Below are positions 15,260-24,768 of a DNA stretch of 36,652 nucleotides, piece after piece. Location of the stretch: the IMG/VR virus record IMGVR_UViG_3300013382_000003, positions 1 through 36,652 of that record. One strand, 5' to 3'. Made by a program: the position numbers and the translations under genes. The notes beneath the pieces were generated by a model that made no database searches, had not been told where the DNA came from, and saw only the letters and a program-made list of their open reading frames with translations. Positions within the stretch are counted from its first letter, which is position 1. Each line of letters starts with the position of its first letter. This stretch comes from a virus.

Positions 15260-15910
15260 CTACTTATTAAAGAAAGAATTACTTACCGACTGGGTTGCCT
15301 GTGCAGAAGCGGATGCGTTCCCCTTAAGTGCCTCAATCTGTGCATTAAGCTTCGCGATCTTCTCTTCACGCGCCTTCTGCTCGGCTTCGGCCTTGGCAAT
15401 CAGCTTGGCCCGCTGTTCCTCGGCCTTGGCCTTGGCCTCGGCATCCTTCTTTGCCTGCTTGGCGATGTCCTTCTCGGTCACCGCGGATTCGGCAATGATC
15501 TGCTTTGCCTTGGCCACTTCGGCATTGGTGGCATCGGCCGTCTTCTTCCTCTCCTTGCTCAGACTCGCGTTGCGAAAGTCACCGATGATGTTGAAGGCGG
15601 AAACGGATGCGGTCCAACAGGCAAGGGCGAAGACGCATGTGCGTGTCCAGTCGAAGGTGGGAAGGGTGATGGCATTGCCCCAGCCTTCGTTGCCCCATTC
15701 GACAAGCCTGGCGCCGATGAAGCTGATGGCCAGCGGAATAGCGCTGATCCACTTCGTGACGACGGATTTGTCAAGGCCGTTCTTGGTTGCCCATTTCTCG
15801 GCCCATTTCTTGATGGGGAGCTTGATAAGGGCTGTGCCGGCGAAGGCCACGACCACGACCAGAAGGCCGTAGAAGCCGTAGGACTTCAGAAAACTTAAAA
15901 AGCTGTCCAT
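15260..15910 (-). CDS. Membrane protein with three predicted TM helices and an Ala/Lys/Glu coiled-coil tail (holin-like or exclusion protein)
   Basis: Hydrophobic segments GFYGLLVVVVAFAGTALI, WISAIPLAISFIGARLV and CVFALACWTASVSAFNII. SD is GAAAGGAGACC. The gene sits between the tail genes and att. Confidence 0.7.
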   Translation of the reverse strand: MDSFLSFLKSYGFYGLLVVVVAFAGTALIKLPIKKWAEKWATKNGLDKSVVTKWISAIPLAISFIGARLVEWGNEGWGNAITLPTFDWTRTCVFALACWTASVSAFNIIGDFRNASLSKERKKTADATNAEVAKAKQIIAESAVTEKDIAKQAKKDAEAKAKAEEQRAKLIAKAEAEQKAREEKIAKLNAQIEALKGNASASAQATQSVSNSFFNK

Positions 15911-16002
15911 ATATATGGTCTCCTTTCAGAGATTCTTCCCGGAAAGAAACAAGGTCAATATTATTATGTGGCACCATCGTTTTGCATTGAAAGAAAATAA
16001 GG

Positions 16003-16032
16003 CGAAAAAAGCGCCGTGGTTTCCCATGGCGC
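16003..16032 (-). terminator. Intrinsic terminator after the tail module
   Basis: 9-bp stem (16011-16019 / 16024-16032, one G-T pair) with loop tttc, followed on the minus strand by TTTTTT. Confidence 0.65.
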
Positions 16033-16041
16033 CGTTTCCCA

Positions 16042-16446
16042 TTATGCCGTCCCTTCCAGTTCGTTTATCTTCGCACGTGCTTCCTTCCGCTTGGCAAGGA
16101 CGTCCTTGTACTCTCCCATCGCCTTCTGGTATTCCTGTTCATCCTCCAGCTTAAGCTCGGAAAGCTTGGAAACAACATAGTCGGTGGAGTCGAGGTAGGC
16201 TCTATATTCGCATATTTTATTGCGGTTAGTAAAGTCCTTATACTCATCCGAGCCCTGGACTTCGAGATCATCCGCAAGATATGGAACACCATCCTTCACT
16301 TTCCATATCTTTCCGTACTCACAGGAGAGGGTCTCTTCGTATACATCGTCAGCGACATCCAAGTAGTCTTTTTCAACAGACGGATAGAAATGGGGATACC
16401 GTCCGGAAACAGCCATGGTATTTCGGTCAAAGAATATTCTTTTCAT
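16042..16446 (-). CDS. Hypothetical protein downstream of the fibres (possible fibre chaperone)
   Basis: 134-aa ORF. The functional guess rests on position only. Confidence 0.55.
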   Translation of the reverse strand: MKRIFFDRNTMAVSGRYPHFYPSVEKDYLDVADDVYEETLSCEYGKIWKVKDGVPYLADDLEVQGSDEYKDFTNRNKICEYRAYLDSTDYVVSKLSELKLEDEQEYQKAMGEYKDVLAKRKEARAKINELEGTA

Positions 16447-16457
16447 TTATCACCCCG

Positions 16458-18155
16458 CTAGTAAAGGCGTACCATAATCAAATCAACATCATAGGTTCTG
16501 GTCTGGGAATCGGCTGAGGTGGCTCGTCTAAGATAGACGGTCCCTCCGGTCGCACTCGACATGGAATTCAGGTTCATACCAAGGACTAATGTGTTGCAGT
16601 ATCCCCCAGACACTATCGAAGCAGTCACGTACCACTTTCCACTGGCGAAGCTTGAAACATAATCAGAACTGATGGTAAATGAGGTCTGTCCTTCTGAGCC
16701 GACGCTTCCGGCCACTGAAACGGTCACTCTTTGGCAGTATATGCCAGAAATGGAATAGCTGGATCCCTTCTTAAACGAAAGCGTCCGGAGAGTGACGTCC
16801 GAGCCTGATGGCAACGAAGTGGAGATGGTGACATTCCCGCTTCCCAGCAGGGACGTCCCGTTCACTGTCTTGATGTTCGTGCCGGAGACAAGCGTGTCCT
16901 GCTTGTTGGCTAAGTCCTTCTCCGTGGCAAGACGCACCTCGTATTCGGTGGTGCTGTCACCGTTCACGAGATATGCGGAAGGAGAGCTCAGGGCATCCCC
17001 GGTGCTTACATACAGTCCTTTTGACATGTAAACAGCATCGTTGTCCGAACTGTAGTCCCGATTGACCTGTACGAATCCCAGGTAGGTGCCGGCACCCAGC
17101 CGTCCGACCCCATAGAGATAGCTGTAATTATTTGTGACCATTCCGCCCTTGTCCACGGAGTAATAGGAACCTATGAACCCTTCGAGGGTTTTGTATTTCG
17201 TTATGTTACCGCCATAAGTGGGAGTATAGGAAAACACGCCATTCCCGGTGGCCTTGTTAAAGGACTCCAGGGGCGTTCCGTCCAGCTTTCTTCCGAGGGT
17301 CGACTGCAACTCCGCAATATCCGAGATTGCAAGGCTGTGCTGTTCCAGCTTGCCGTCGGAATCGGTGCCGATGACCTTTGCGTCCTTTATGCCGGTCAGG
17401 TTGCCGCTTTCGATGGCGGAGAACTTGATACGGCGTTCGATGATGATCTTTGATTGGGCACCAGTCCCGTTTATCGATGTAATATCGGAAACCCAGCGGT
17501 CAGGGACGCCCGAGTCCTTGATATAGAAGACGTCTCCGACACGGAGCGCGCTTCCCTTTAGGTAATCACTGCTCGTTGTCTGGAAGTAGTAAGGTCCGCT
17601 CGACTGGGACAGCTCTTTGATGGTTATCGTAACCTCGCCCTCGCCGCTGTTCAGCGACTTGTTGGCATAGGCAGGATTGGATACATTGTCAATCCTTGGG
17701 TCAAGGTCTGCAATCACATAGGTCTTGTTCTGTCTTCCTATCTTGCCGTTCACATAGGAAACCATCTGGTCGCCACGGACGGCGGAATAGGTGTATGCGC
17801 CGCCGTCGATCGGAGTCCCAACGCTTCCTGCACCGAGCACGACTTTGCGGTCATAGCTGTCGTTCCCGTCATAGTTTAGGAAAAGGCTGTCCTTGGCGCA
17901 TCCGCCTTTCGCATCAGGGGTGGATATACCGCAGATTCCGCGCGTCGTAAGTCCTGCCGCTGCGGCGGTTCCGCCCATGATAAGGCCGTTAGGGACAAAG
18001 AGCGTCTCCGGGCTTGTCTTGTATACCGTCTTGGAATTGCCTGCGACGGACACGGAGCCCTGGGAGGCATAGCCCACGAAGTGGCCTGTCGTCCACTCCG
18101 TGAGCTTTTCCTTCCTATGCTTCGCGCCGGCGGCGTTCAGATAGTCGTAAGCCAT
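16458..18155 (-). CDS. Tail fibre / receptor-binding protein (565 aa)
   Basis: Ser/Thr/Gly/Asn-rich beta-type sequence with the GTNIKTVNGTSLLGSGNVTIS fibre motif. It shares an N-terminus and a VPDRWVS block with the 18169..19578 product. Confidence 0.7.
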   Translation of the reverse strand: MAYDYLNAAGAKHRKEKLTEWTTGHFVGYASQGSVSVAGNSKTVYKTSPETLFVPNGLIMGGTAAAAGLTTRGICGISTPDAKGGCAKDSLFLNYDGNDSYDRKVVLGAGSVGTPIDGGAYTYSAVRGDQMVSYVNGKIGRQNKTYVIADLDPRIDNVSNPAYANKSLNSGEGEVTITIKELSQSSGPYYFQTTSSDYLKGSALRVGDVFYIKDSGVPDRWVSDITSINGTGAQSKIIIERRIKFSAIESGNLTGIKDAKVIGTDSDGKLEQHSLAISDIAELQSTLGRKLDGTPLESFNKATGNGVFSYTPTYGGNITKYKTLEGFIGSYYSVDKGGMVTNNYSYLYGVGRLGAGTYLGFVQVNRDYSSDNDAVYMSKGLYVSTGDALSSPSAYLVNGDSTTEYEVRLATEKDLANKQDTLVSGTNIKTVNGTSLLGSGNVTISTSLPSGSDVTLRTLSFKKGSSYSISGIYCQRVTVSVAGSVGSEGQTSFTISSDYVSSFASGKWYVTASIVSGGYCNTLVLGMNLNSMSSATGGTVYLRRATSADSQTRTYDVDLIMVRLY

Positions 18156-18168
18156 TTTTCATCCCCGG

Positions 18169-19578
18169 TCAGAACCAGGTGTCGATGGTGTCGTTCGGAA
18201 TGGCCGACATCTGCCCGCTGGTGACGACATCCCCTCCCGTCGACTTGAAGGTGAATTCCTCGCCGGTATCGGCATTCTTGTAGAAGAATGTTCCCGGCGC
18301 CTGGATGCGGTTATCACGGTATAAGGTTCCGCTGACGTTAAGCTGGTTATATTCCAAGGTGGCAGAATATGCACCGAGGACTCCGGTCGCCTTGGCGCTT
18401 GAGACCATGAGATACCCCGGCTTCAGAGCGAAGTCCGTGGCCGTTGGCGTCAGCGATCCGTCGCTTTTACGGGTCCCCGAGTAAATGCCGTTGCTTCCAA
18501 GGTAGACGTCCTTTGTCGCCCCGTCATAAGGGACCATATTGGCAACCGACGTCTTAAGGCCGGCAATGTCGGTCTTGTTCGTGTTTGCGGTGCTGGTAAC
18601 CGAGGTGACGGATGAGGCCGTGGCATAGTAGCTTGCCGCCTGACCGCCGAGCTTCGTGGAATTGTCCGCCGTTTCCGCATACTTGACCTTGTCCTGGTTC
18701 CCTGATACGCAATGGGCGTAGATGTTCCTGTTGTCCGTCTCGAGGCGTGAAAGGGTGAGTTCGTACGTGTTTGTTTTTGTAGGATCCTTAGTGACTGCAG
18801 AGACCCAGCGGTCAGGAACATTTTCTTCTTTGATTAAGACAGTGTCTCCAACCTTGAGGCTCGCCAAATTTTCAGCTGTACCATCAGTCAGTTTAAGCAA
18901 GTAAGGTCCATTACTATCAGTTGGATTGACATAAGTAATGGTAATATCCGATTCCGTTGAGTTGAAAGAAGCGTTCTTTGTCGGATATGTGGCAATCTGC
19001 GGTTTTCCATCAATCGTTCCTACGTTGACTTCCACTGAAGTATCGTTTATGGAGATTGCATAGGCCAATGCGGTATTAGAGACGATGTTTGCTATCTTCT
19101 TATCGAGTTCATTGTAGAGTGCGTTTGCTCCTTTGGCGGTAAAGTAGCTCGAAGAGACGGCACTCCAGATGTCCGTTTGTGGTTCATTGACGACCGACCC
19201 GAGCCCGATGTCCGCCTTTGTGATTTCCACGTCCGCAGAACCGTTGTACTTCTTGCTTCCTGCCGTCAGGGAATGCGCCACGCTTCCCGCACTTCCCGTA
19301 ATGGAAATGGCCCATCCTGATGTGGGAAGGGTGATGGTGTTGTTCACCGCGGAATAGGACGTGGCCCATTTCGCGCTCGAACTGAACGAGATCGACTTGG
19401 CGAACTTGTCCTTCGTTGCCCCAAGGATTGCCGAATCCGTCGGCAGAGGCAGTGAAATAAGCTGGTTGCTCTGTGTGTAGGTCGTACCGCCGAAGCTGAT
19501 GGAAATCCCGTCGGAGTACCCTTTGAGTTTTCCGGCAAGGTACTTTGCGCCGGTTTTATCTAAATATTCATAAGACAT
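18169..19578 (-). CDS. Tail fibre protein, paralogue (469 aa)
   Basis: MSYEYLDKTGAKYLAGKL versus MAYDYLNAAGAKHRKEKL, and GPYLLKL...VGDTVLIKEENVPDRWVS versus GPYYFQT...VGDVFYIKDSGVPDRWVS. Confidence 0.7.
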   Translation of the reverse strand: MSYEYLDKTGAKYLAGKLKGYSDGISISFGGTTYTQSNQLISLPLPTDSAILGATKDKFAKSISFSSSAKWATSYSAVNNTITLPTSGWAISITGSAGSVAHSLTAGSKKYNGSADVEITKADIGLGSVVNEPQTDIWSAVSSSYFTAKGANALYNELDKKIANIVSNTALAYAISINDTSVEVNVGTIDGKPQIATYPTKNASFNSTESDITITYVNPTDSNGPYLLKLTDGTAENLASLKVGDTVLIKEENVPDRWVSAVTKDPTKTNTYELTLSRLETDNRNIYAHCVSGNQDKVKYAETADNSTKLGGQAASYYATASSVTSVTSTANTNKTDIAGLKTSVANMVPYDGATKDVYLGSNGIYSGTRKSDGSLTPTATDFALKPGYLMVSSAKATGVLGAYSATLEYNQLNVSGTLYRDNRIQAPGTFFYKNADTGEEFTFKSTGGDVVTSGQMSAIPNDTIDTWF

Positions 19579-19599
19579 GCTTTGTTCCCTCCCTGTCTT

Positions 19600-20085
19600 T
19601 TAGAACCATCCGTCGATGTCCGAGGTCTTCACCTTCATCTCGTCGTCTATGTTCCCCACGATTGTCTGGAAGTCGGTGACCTCGCTCCCCGACTTCTTGA
19701 ACTTCGCAATCGCACGGCATACCATTCCGCTTTTCCCGCTTTCGATGTCCGTATCCTTCTGGAAGTAATCGGGATAGCAGGAGAACGAGTAGGAAGAGTC
19801 CATTTGTGCCCTGTCGTAGGTTATGTTGAGGACAAGCCAGTTCCATCCAAGATAAGCGGTGTTGTATTCCCCAGGCGCATCCGTGATAGCCTCCCCGTCC
19901 TCATACACCTCAAGGCGGAATCCGTGGATCCTGAGCGTTCCTGCCGTTGCAGTGACGATTCCGTTCGTACCGCACGACCTCTTGAACCCTGACAGGATTC
20001 CGTCGTTGCTGAGGGCAGATAGGTAGTTCCTCCGTGCCCCGTCATGGACGTTGATGGGGACACCCTTTGCCTCTAGTAGTTTCAT
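19600..20085 (-). CDS. Tail/baseplate-associated protein (161 aa)
   Basis: Position in the tail module. Its C-terminus SDIDGWF resembles the DTIDTWF end of the next fibre. Confidence 0.55.
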   Translation of the reverse strand: MKLLEAKGVPINVHDGARRNYLSALSNDGILSGFKRSCGTNGIVTATAGTLRIHGFRLEVYEDGEAITDAPGEYNTAYLGWNWLVLNITYDRAQMDSSYSFSCYPDYFQKDTDIESGKSGMVCRAIAKFKKSGSEVTDFQTIVGNIDDEMKVKTSDIDGWF

Positions 20086-20086
20086 G

Positions 20087-21553
20087 TCATGGTTCCTCCG
20101 CCTGTGGCACCGGATAGAAATGGTTCAGATAAAACATGGCTATACTACTCGCAGTGAGTGTGGCATTGTTTCCGGTGCCATCAGTCTGAGTAGGATCGTT
20201 TATCATTCTCCCCTTCCCATATAAATCAGGATCAAGGATCATTTCAGTCGGCGCACTCCCATAATAGTCTTTGACCTTAAGTCCAAATCTCTTAAAAAGC
20301 CTACGGTTGAACGTCAGTCTCATTTCGAAAACAGGAAATAGCAATGTCTTCGTTGTCCCACTTGAGCCGAGATCGATGAGTTTTTCAGGGTCATTCACTG
20401 GCCTTCCTGTCTTTTGCCGAACCTCGGCATAGGCATCAGGATAGGCATCGCCATGCTTTTTCGCCCATCCGAGATACTGGACTGTCCGAGTATATAATTG
20501 CGGATGGCTATATCCGTTAACGGTAAGCTCGCCGGAAGCAATAAGGCCTATCGTGACTCCGTCGTAATATTCGTCCGGAGTTGATGTAAACGTAAAGCCA
20601 TGTTCTAGACAGAAACCCTTTCGCCTTTGCATTCCATCAGAGCAGTCATAAGGATCTCCGTTGTATTTTATATTTCCGCCGTTGACGATGATTCGATATA
20701 TCCCACGGGGGACAAGAATCCCTGCTCCCATGTCCACTCTGCTCTCCTTTCCGATTTCTGCCGTAAGGATATTTTGAACCGAGGAAAGGAGTAAGGATTT
20801 GCTTCGGCATACCCAAAATTTGATGTCATTGATGGGCGTTGACGATTCATCGTCTCCGAAAGCAAGGCAGGTTTCGGATTTCACGGCATTGTTCGGATAA
20901 AGTTTAGGGTCTGTTCCCAGGAACTGGGAAATTATATCGTCTGCCTTGCTACTGCCCACCATGTCAACATGGGAAGAAAGCTCCTTTTCGGCTGGCACAA
21001 TGGTTTTTATATAGTATGTAACCTTTGTAAACATAGAAGCCGTATCAGCTGCCTGTGGATCATAAAGGAAGGAGGCAACAGGGACATCATAAACGCCTGT
21101 TCCGGCGGTATGAAGATCGTCCTCGTTTTCCTGTTCAGGATAGGGGGCATCGATGTCGCCTTTTGTTTTCACGAATGAATATATTGGCTTTGCACGTTCG
21201 TCTCCGACGTCGTCAAGGTCGACGCGGATGAATACATAAACATAACATTTTGAATAGAAATCCAAATAGACCTTGGAAATGTCATCGATTACAGATGTTT
21301 CTTCGGAAATCTCAATACAATGGCCATAAACCGAGAATAATCCAGGGGCAATAGTTATGCTTCCTGCTTCGTTCCCGAAGGACAGTCTGAGTGGATAGTT
21401 ATATTCCGGTGAATCGATAATGAAATATGGGCATTCCAAAGGAAGGGAACCAGTATTGCCGAATAGTTGATTGCCGGTTCCCTGAAAATAGCGCCGGGAG
21501 TCGTCGGTGGCCTTAATGGGTCTTCCTTTCTTTGTAAGAAACTCGATGCTCAT
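20087..21553 (-). CDS. Baseplate/tail structural protein (488 aa)
   Basis: Large ORF in the tail module, coupled to its neighbours. Confidence 0.6.
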   Translation of the reverse strand: MSIEFLTKKGRPIKATDDSRRYFQGTGNQLFGNTGSLPLECPYFIIDSPEYNYPLRLSFGNEAGSITIAPGLFSVYGHCIEISEETSVIDDISKVYLDFYSKCYVYVFIRVDLDDVGDERAKPIYSFVKTKGDIDAPYPEQENEDDLHTAGTGVYDVPVASFLYDPQAADTASMFTKVTYYIKTIVPAEKELSSHVDMVGSSKADDIISQFLGTDPKLYPNNAVKSETCLAFGDDESSTPINDIKFWVCRSKSLLLSSVQNILTAEIGKESRVDMGAGILVPRGIYRIIVNGGNIKYNGDPYDCSDGMQRRKGFCLEHGFTFTSTPDEYYDGVTIGLIASGELTVNGYSHPQLYTRTVQYLGWAKKHGDAYPDAYAEVRQKTGRPVNDPEKLIDLGSSGTTKTLLFPVFEMRLTFNRRLFKRFGLKVKDYYGSAPTEMILDPDLYGKGRMINDPTQTDGTGNNATLTASSIAMFYLNHFYPVPQAEEP

Positions 21554-22524
21554 TTCACTGTCCCCACGAGATAGACATAGACATGGCCAAGTGCCTCAGG
21601 GCTGGAATCCTTGTTCCACCGATAATACCTAGTGGCAAGATTATCGGCTTTTTTAAATGCAATCTCCAAGCCTGTGAAAAAAGTCACGGTCCCGCCTTCA
21701 AGTATGCTCAGCGCGGCATCTGAGAAGCCACATTCCTCGTCTGATTTCACCATCACATAGAAAGCATTGTCGAAGGATGAGAATGTTTCCAGGTCTATAC
21801 TGATCTTTTTGCTGGACGAATCGGAGAAAATATCCGCACTTGAAGACGTCTTTTGGGCGGGGATTGACAACACGGTCGCCACCTGCTTTTCAACAAGCCT
21901 CCGTACGTTGGTTGTCCCCCCAAAGTTCATCGATAAGCCGGAGGCCACGTTTACATTCATGTCACCGATGCGGAGAGAGCTTGCGACATCAGAATATGCA
22001 CAATGCTGAACCTGTTTAAAGTCGGTTATTCTGCCCATATCGTCTATAACGAACAAATCGCCGAGGCTCGTCTTACCAAGATACCCCGATGGGGAAAGAG
22101 CACGGGCTTTCGATGCTTCCCCTGGCTTTCTTGTATCAAGTGCAGGCTGTCCGTTCGTATAAAGGGGAATCTCATATATCTTCCCGCTTTCAAGGAACAC
22201 GCTACTTCCTACCTCAATGCCTTCAATATCATCAAAGGAATCGGAAAGATAAGCGGCCTCTTTGCCTTCCTCACGGAGGTCGACGATAAAATAAACCGTC
22301 TGGGAAGAGGAGGCGAGCTTTTCTTCGGCATCTACGGAAATAAGTCGCCCACCAAGGCAGGCCATCCCTCTTCCTATGGTCAAGCTATCCGAACCGCTGG
22401 TTAACGCAAGCTCCTTACCGATTCCGCCGAAAATACATGTACCGAAAAGGACATAATTGACTTTTGCATCGTCCTCGGCAGTGACGTTGTCGCTACCGTT
22501 CTTCTGAATAATTCTGATAGCCAT
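21550..22524 (-). CDS. Baseplate/tail structural protein (324 aa)
   Basis: ORF in the tail module, overlapping the next gene by 4 nt. Confidence 0.6.
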   Translation of the reverse strand: MAIRIIQKNGSDNVTAEDDAKVNYVLFGTCIFGGIGKELALTSGSDSLTIGRGMACLGGRLISVDAEEKLASSSQTVYFIVDLREEGKEAAYLSDSFDDIEGIEVGSSVFLESGKIYEIPLYTNGQPALDTRKPGEASKARALSPSGYLGKTSLGDLFVIDDMGRITDFKQVQHCAYSDVASSLRIGDMNVNVASGLSMNFGGTTNVRRLVEKQVATVLSIPAQKTSSSADIFSDSSSKKISIDLETFSSFDNAFYVMVKSDEECGFSDAALSILEGGTVTFFTGLEIAFKKADNLATRYYRWNKDSSPEALGHVYVYLVGTVK

Positions 22525-22536
22525 TTCTGTCTCCTC

Positions 22537-23727
22537 CTATTCCATGAACCAGTATTCCGAGAGGCGTCCGAACTCTGCCTTTTTCGTACCGCTGGAGTCG
22601 GTCTCGATTGCGGATACTGGGAGATACTTGTCCTCGTTGTTTTCGCCATCTGCTGAATAGTATCCGACAAGCAGACCCCTGTCAGACAGGTCTATGCCAT
22701 CCAGCATCTTTCCGTATTTCGAATTTAGGTCTATGGTCACTCTGTCCTTTGAGACGGACTCGATGAGTGTCTGAACTGCTTCCTCGCAAGCTTCCTGCTC
22801 GTTTTCCTTCGTCGTGGACTCATCCGCCGATTCGGAGCTGTCGGAAGCCTCTGCGGCAAAGGCCTGCGACCGGATCGGATAACAACATTTCTCAGAAAAA
22901 TATCTTGTTATATAGGTAAACTTGTAGCTTGTATAGCCCCCTGCCTGCCTTTTTTCGACCATAGGCTGTTTAAGGAGAAAGAATTCGGCGATTACCCAAG
23001 TCAACGTACTGTCCCAGACTCTAACATGGTTGACAACATTCTGATTGAGGGTGCGATTGACGTTGAAATCCTTAAGTCGGATGGTATAAACGTTCAGAAC
23101 CGGTTTCACCTTGAAAGTAAGGCTATAAAAGTTTGTCTTCCGGTCGTTCTTCCATTCGGCGACAAGGACGCAGGAAAAGTTTGCGTTGCATGCCTGAATC
23201 TGTTCCCATATATTCCGGATCTTCTTCGACGGTGAAATGAGTTCACTGCTATCGCTTAAATATTGCGAGATTCTTTCCCCTGAAGCATTGTTCAGGTCAT
23301 AGCCATAAGGCACACCGCTGTAGCTTACTCCTGAGGCTATATTTACCATTGAATCCCCAAGCAGTACTTTATAGATATCTGATGCGCTTGTCTTCCCATC
23401 TCTCCCGAAGGCCTGCGAATAGTCTACCGGTATTTCCTGATTGAACACTTGTCGGACGTCAATGCCGTTTACCGTCGTAAGGTCGTCCTTGGTTGTCGGT
23501 ATTCCGGAAAGGCACATATAAATGAGCCGTCCATCGTTCTCGAAAAGGCCCGCATAGACTGCGTTCTGAGAGTCCTTATACCCTTTGCACACTGCCTTGA
23601 ATTCATCGAACTCAAACGATTTTCGTTTAAGGCTCCAGCTTTTGCATACGTGGACAGTAGAAATCTCGCCTTCGGATGGTGATCCCAAAGGAACGAAATT
23701 CTTGTCGAACAATACAAGGTATGCCAT
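22537..23727 (-). CDS. Tail-associated protein (Tal-like, N-terminal hub domain)
   Basis: Lies directly after Dit. The N-terminus MAYLVLFDKNFVPLG is typical of siphovirus Tal proteins. Confidence 0.55.
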   Translation of the reverse strand: MAYLVLFDKNFVPLGSPSEGEISTVHVCKSWSLKRKSFEFDEFKAVCKGYKDSQNAVYAGLFENDGRLIYMCLSGIPTTKDDLTTVNGIDVRQVFNQEIPVDYSQAFGRDGKTSASDIYKVLLGDSMVNIASGVSYSGVPYGYDLNNASGERISQYLSDSSELISPSKKIRNIWEQIQACNANFSCVLVAEWKNDRKTNFYSLTFKVKPVLNVYTIRLKDFNVNRTLNQNVVNHVRVWDSTLTWVIAEFFLLKQPMVEKRQAGGYTSYKFTYITRYFSEKCCYPIRSQAFAAEASDSSESADESTTKENEQEACEEAVQTLIESVSKDRVTIDLNSKYGKMLDGIDLSDRGLLVGYYSADGENNEDKYLPVSAIETDSSGTKKAEFGRLSEYWFME

Positions 23728-23744
23728 ATTAGAATCCCCACCTC

Positions 23745-24764
23745 CTAGAAGACGTATCTTACCGACTCGACCTGTAGCTTGCCTCCGTTTAAGTTCGAAC
23801 TTACCTTGGTCTTGCCCTGTTTGGCAAACAGAAACGCCTGATGGGATTTACTTGTCGCATAGTAAAGATCAGTGTAATACTCCCGCTTTTGTCCGTTTGT
23901 TAGAGTCTTTTCAGTCACCCTATAGACCCGAGAGGTAAAGGCATCAATCACAATCTTTTCCCCGGCGGAAAGAACACCCAGCCCTGGGAAGGCCACCTTA
24001 GCGTATTGCTCAGTCGTCAATCCATCGTCAGATACTGAATAGAGTGCGACATAAGGCCTTTCCGAGGTGGGCCCGACTATCGTGACTTTGAGCGGGATTT
24101 CCTTAAGGTAGTCGTTGTTGATGTAGTTCGCGGAATCATAGGCCCCACCGCCATAGCGGTAAGGATAGCCGTAAGGATATATCTTTCCGGTGTTCTTTTC
24201 CGATGTGATGGTGAATTCCGTGAAGACCTCCTCATACCAAGGGGAAAGAGGACGCCTGGTAATCTTTTCCGTGACCTGCTGGTTGCTTCTTACGGTTGGA
24301 CTCCCTGCCGTGATCACGAAGTCGATATAACGGCGGAAGTAATCCTTCTTCTGGGAGTCCGTGAGTTTGTCCAGAGTCTCCTGGTCAAGTCCGGCATCCT
24401 TATCGACGTCAAGATAGTCAGAAGGGATATAACTGAATCTGGTGATATATCTGTCGTGGTCTGCATACCGCCCCCAGAAGGCGTTGAAACGGTATAGTTT
24501 CTCATAGGCATCCGCACCGAGGAACACGGCTTCAAAGGAAACGCTGTTCTTTTCGATCGTCTGCTTGAGAAGATAGTCGATCGTATCTCCTTCCACAATG
24601 TCAAGCGTCTGGGCAAAGCCTAAGCCGGAAAGGTTCTGCACAAAATCATAGGACGGAGCCACAGGCTTCCCGTCCGTTCCCAGAACCTTCTCCCGTGTGT
24701 CGGAGGTAAGGACATCGAATCGGAATGTATCGATGATGCCATCCCAGTTAGCATATTTTCCCAT
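23745..24764 (-). CDS. Distal tail protein (Dit-like)
   Basis: Lies immediately downstream of the tape measure; the size is consistent. Confidence 0.55.
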   Translation of the reverse strand: MGKYANWDGIIDTFRFDVLTSDTREKVLGTDGKPVAPSYDFVQNLSGLGFAQTLDIVEGDTIDYLLKQTIEKNSVSFEAVFLGADAYEKLYRFNAFWGRYADHDRYITRFSYIPSDYLDVDKDAGLDQETLDKLTDSQKKDYFRRYIDFVITAGSPTVRSNQQVTEKITRRPLSPWYEEVFTEFTITSEKNTGKIYPYGYPYRYGGGAYDSANYINNDYLKEIPLKVTIVGPTSERPYVALYSVSDDGLTTEQYAKVAFPGLGVLSAGEKIVIDAFTSRVYRVTEKTLTNGQKREYYTDLYYATSKSHQAFLFAKQGKTKVSSNLNGGKLQVESVRYVF

Positions 24765-24768
24765 GCGC

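Noticed and set aside
15192-15898. Two overlapping plus-strand ORFs of about 230 aa
   Set aside because: Both lie antisense to the 3-TM membrane protein gene. Their translations are low-complexity Ala/Leu/Gly, and the minus-strand gene has a good SD and TM pattern.
16458-19578. Diversity-generating retroelement (template/variable repeat) between the two fibre genes
   Set aside because: There is no reverse transcriptase anywhere in the genome. The shared DNA is short (about 17 nt) and does not show an adenine-specific mismatch pattern.
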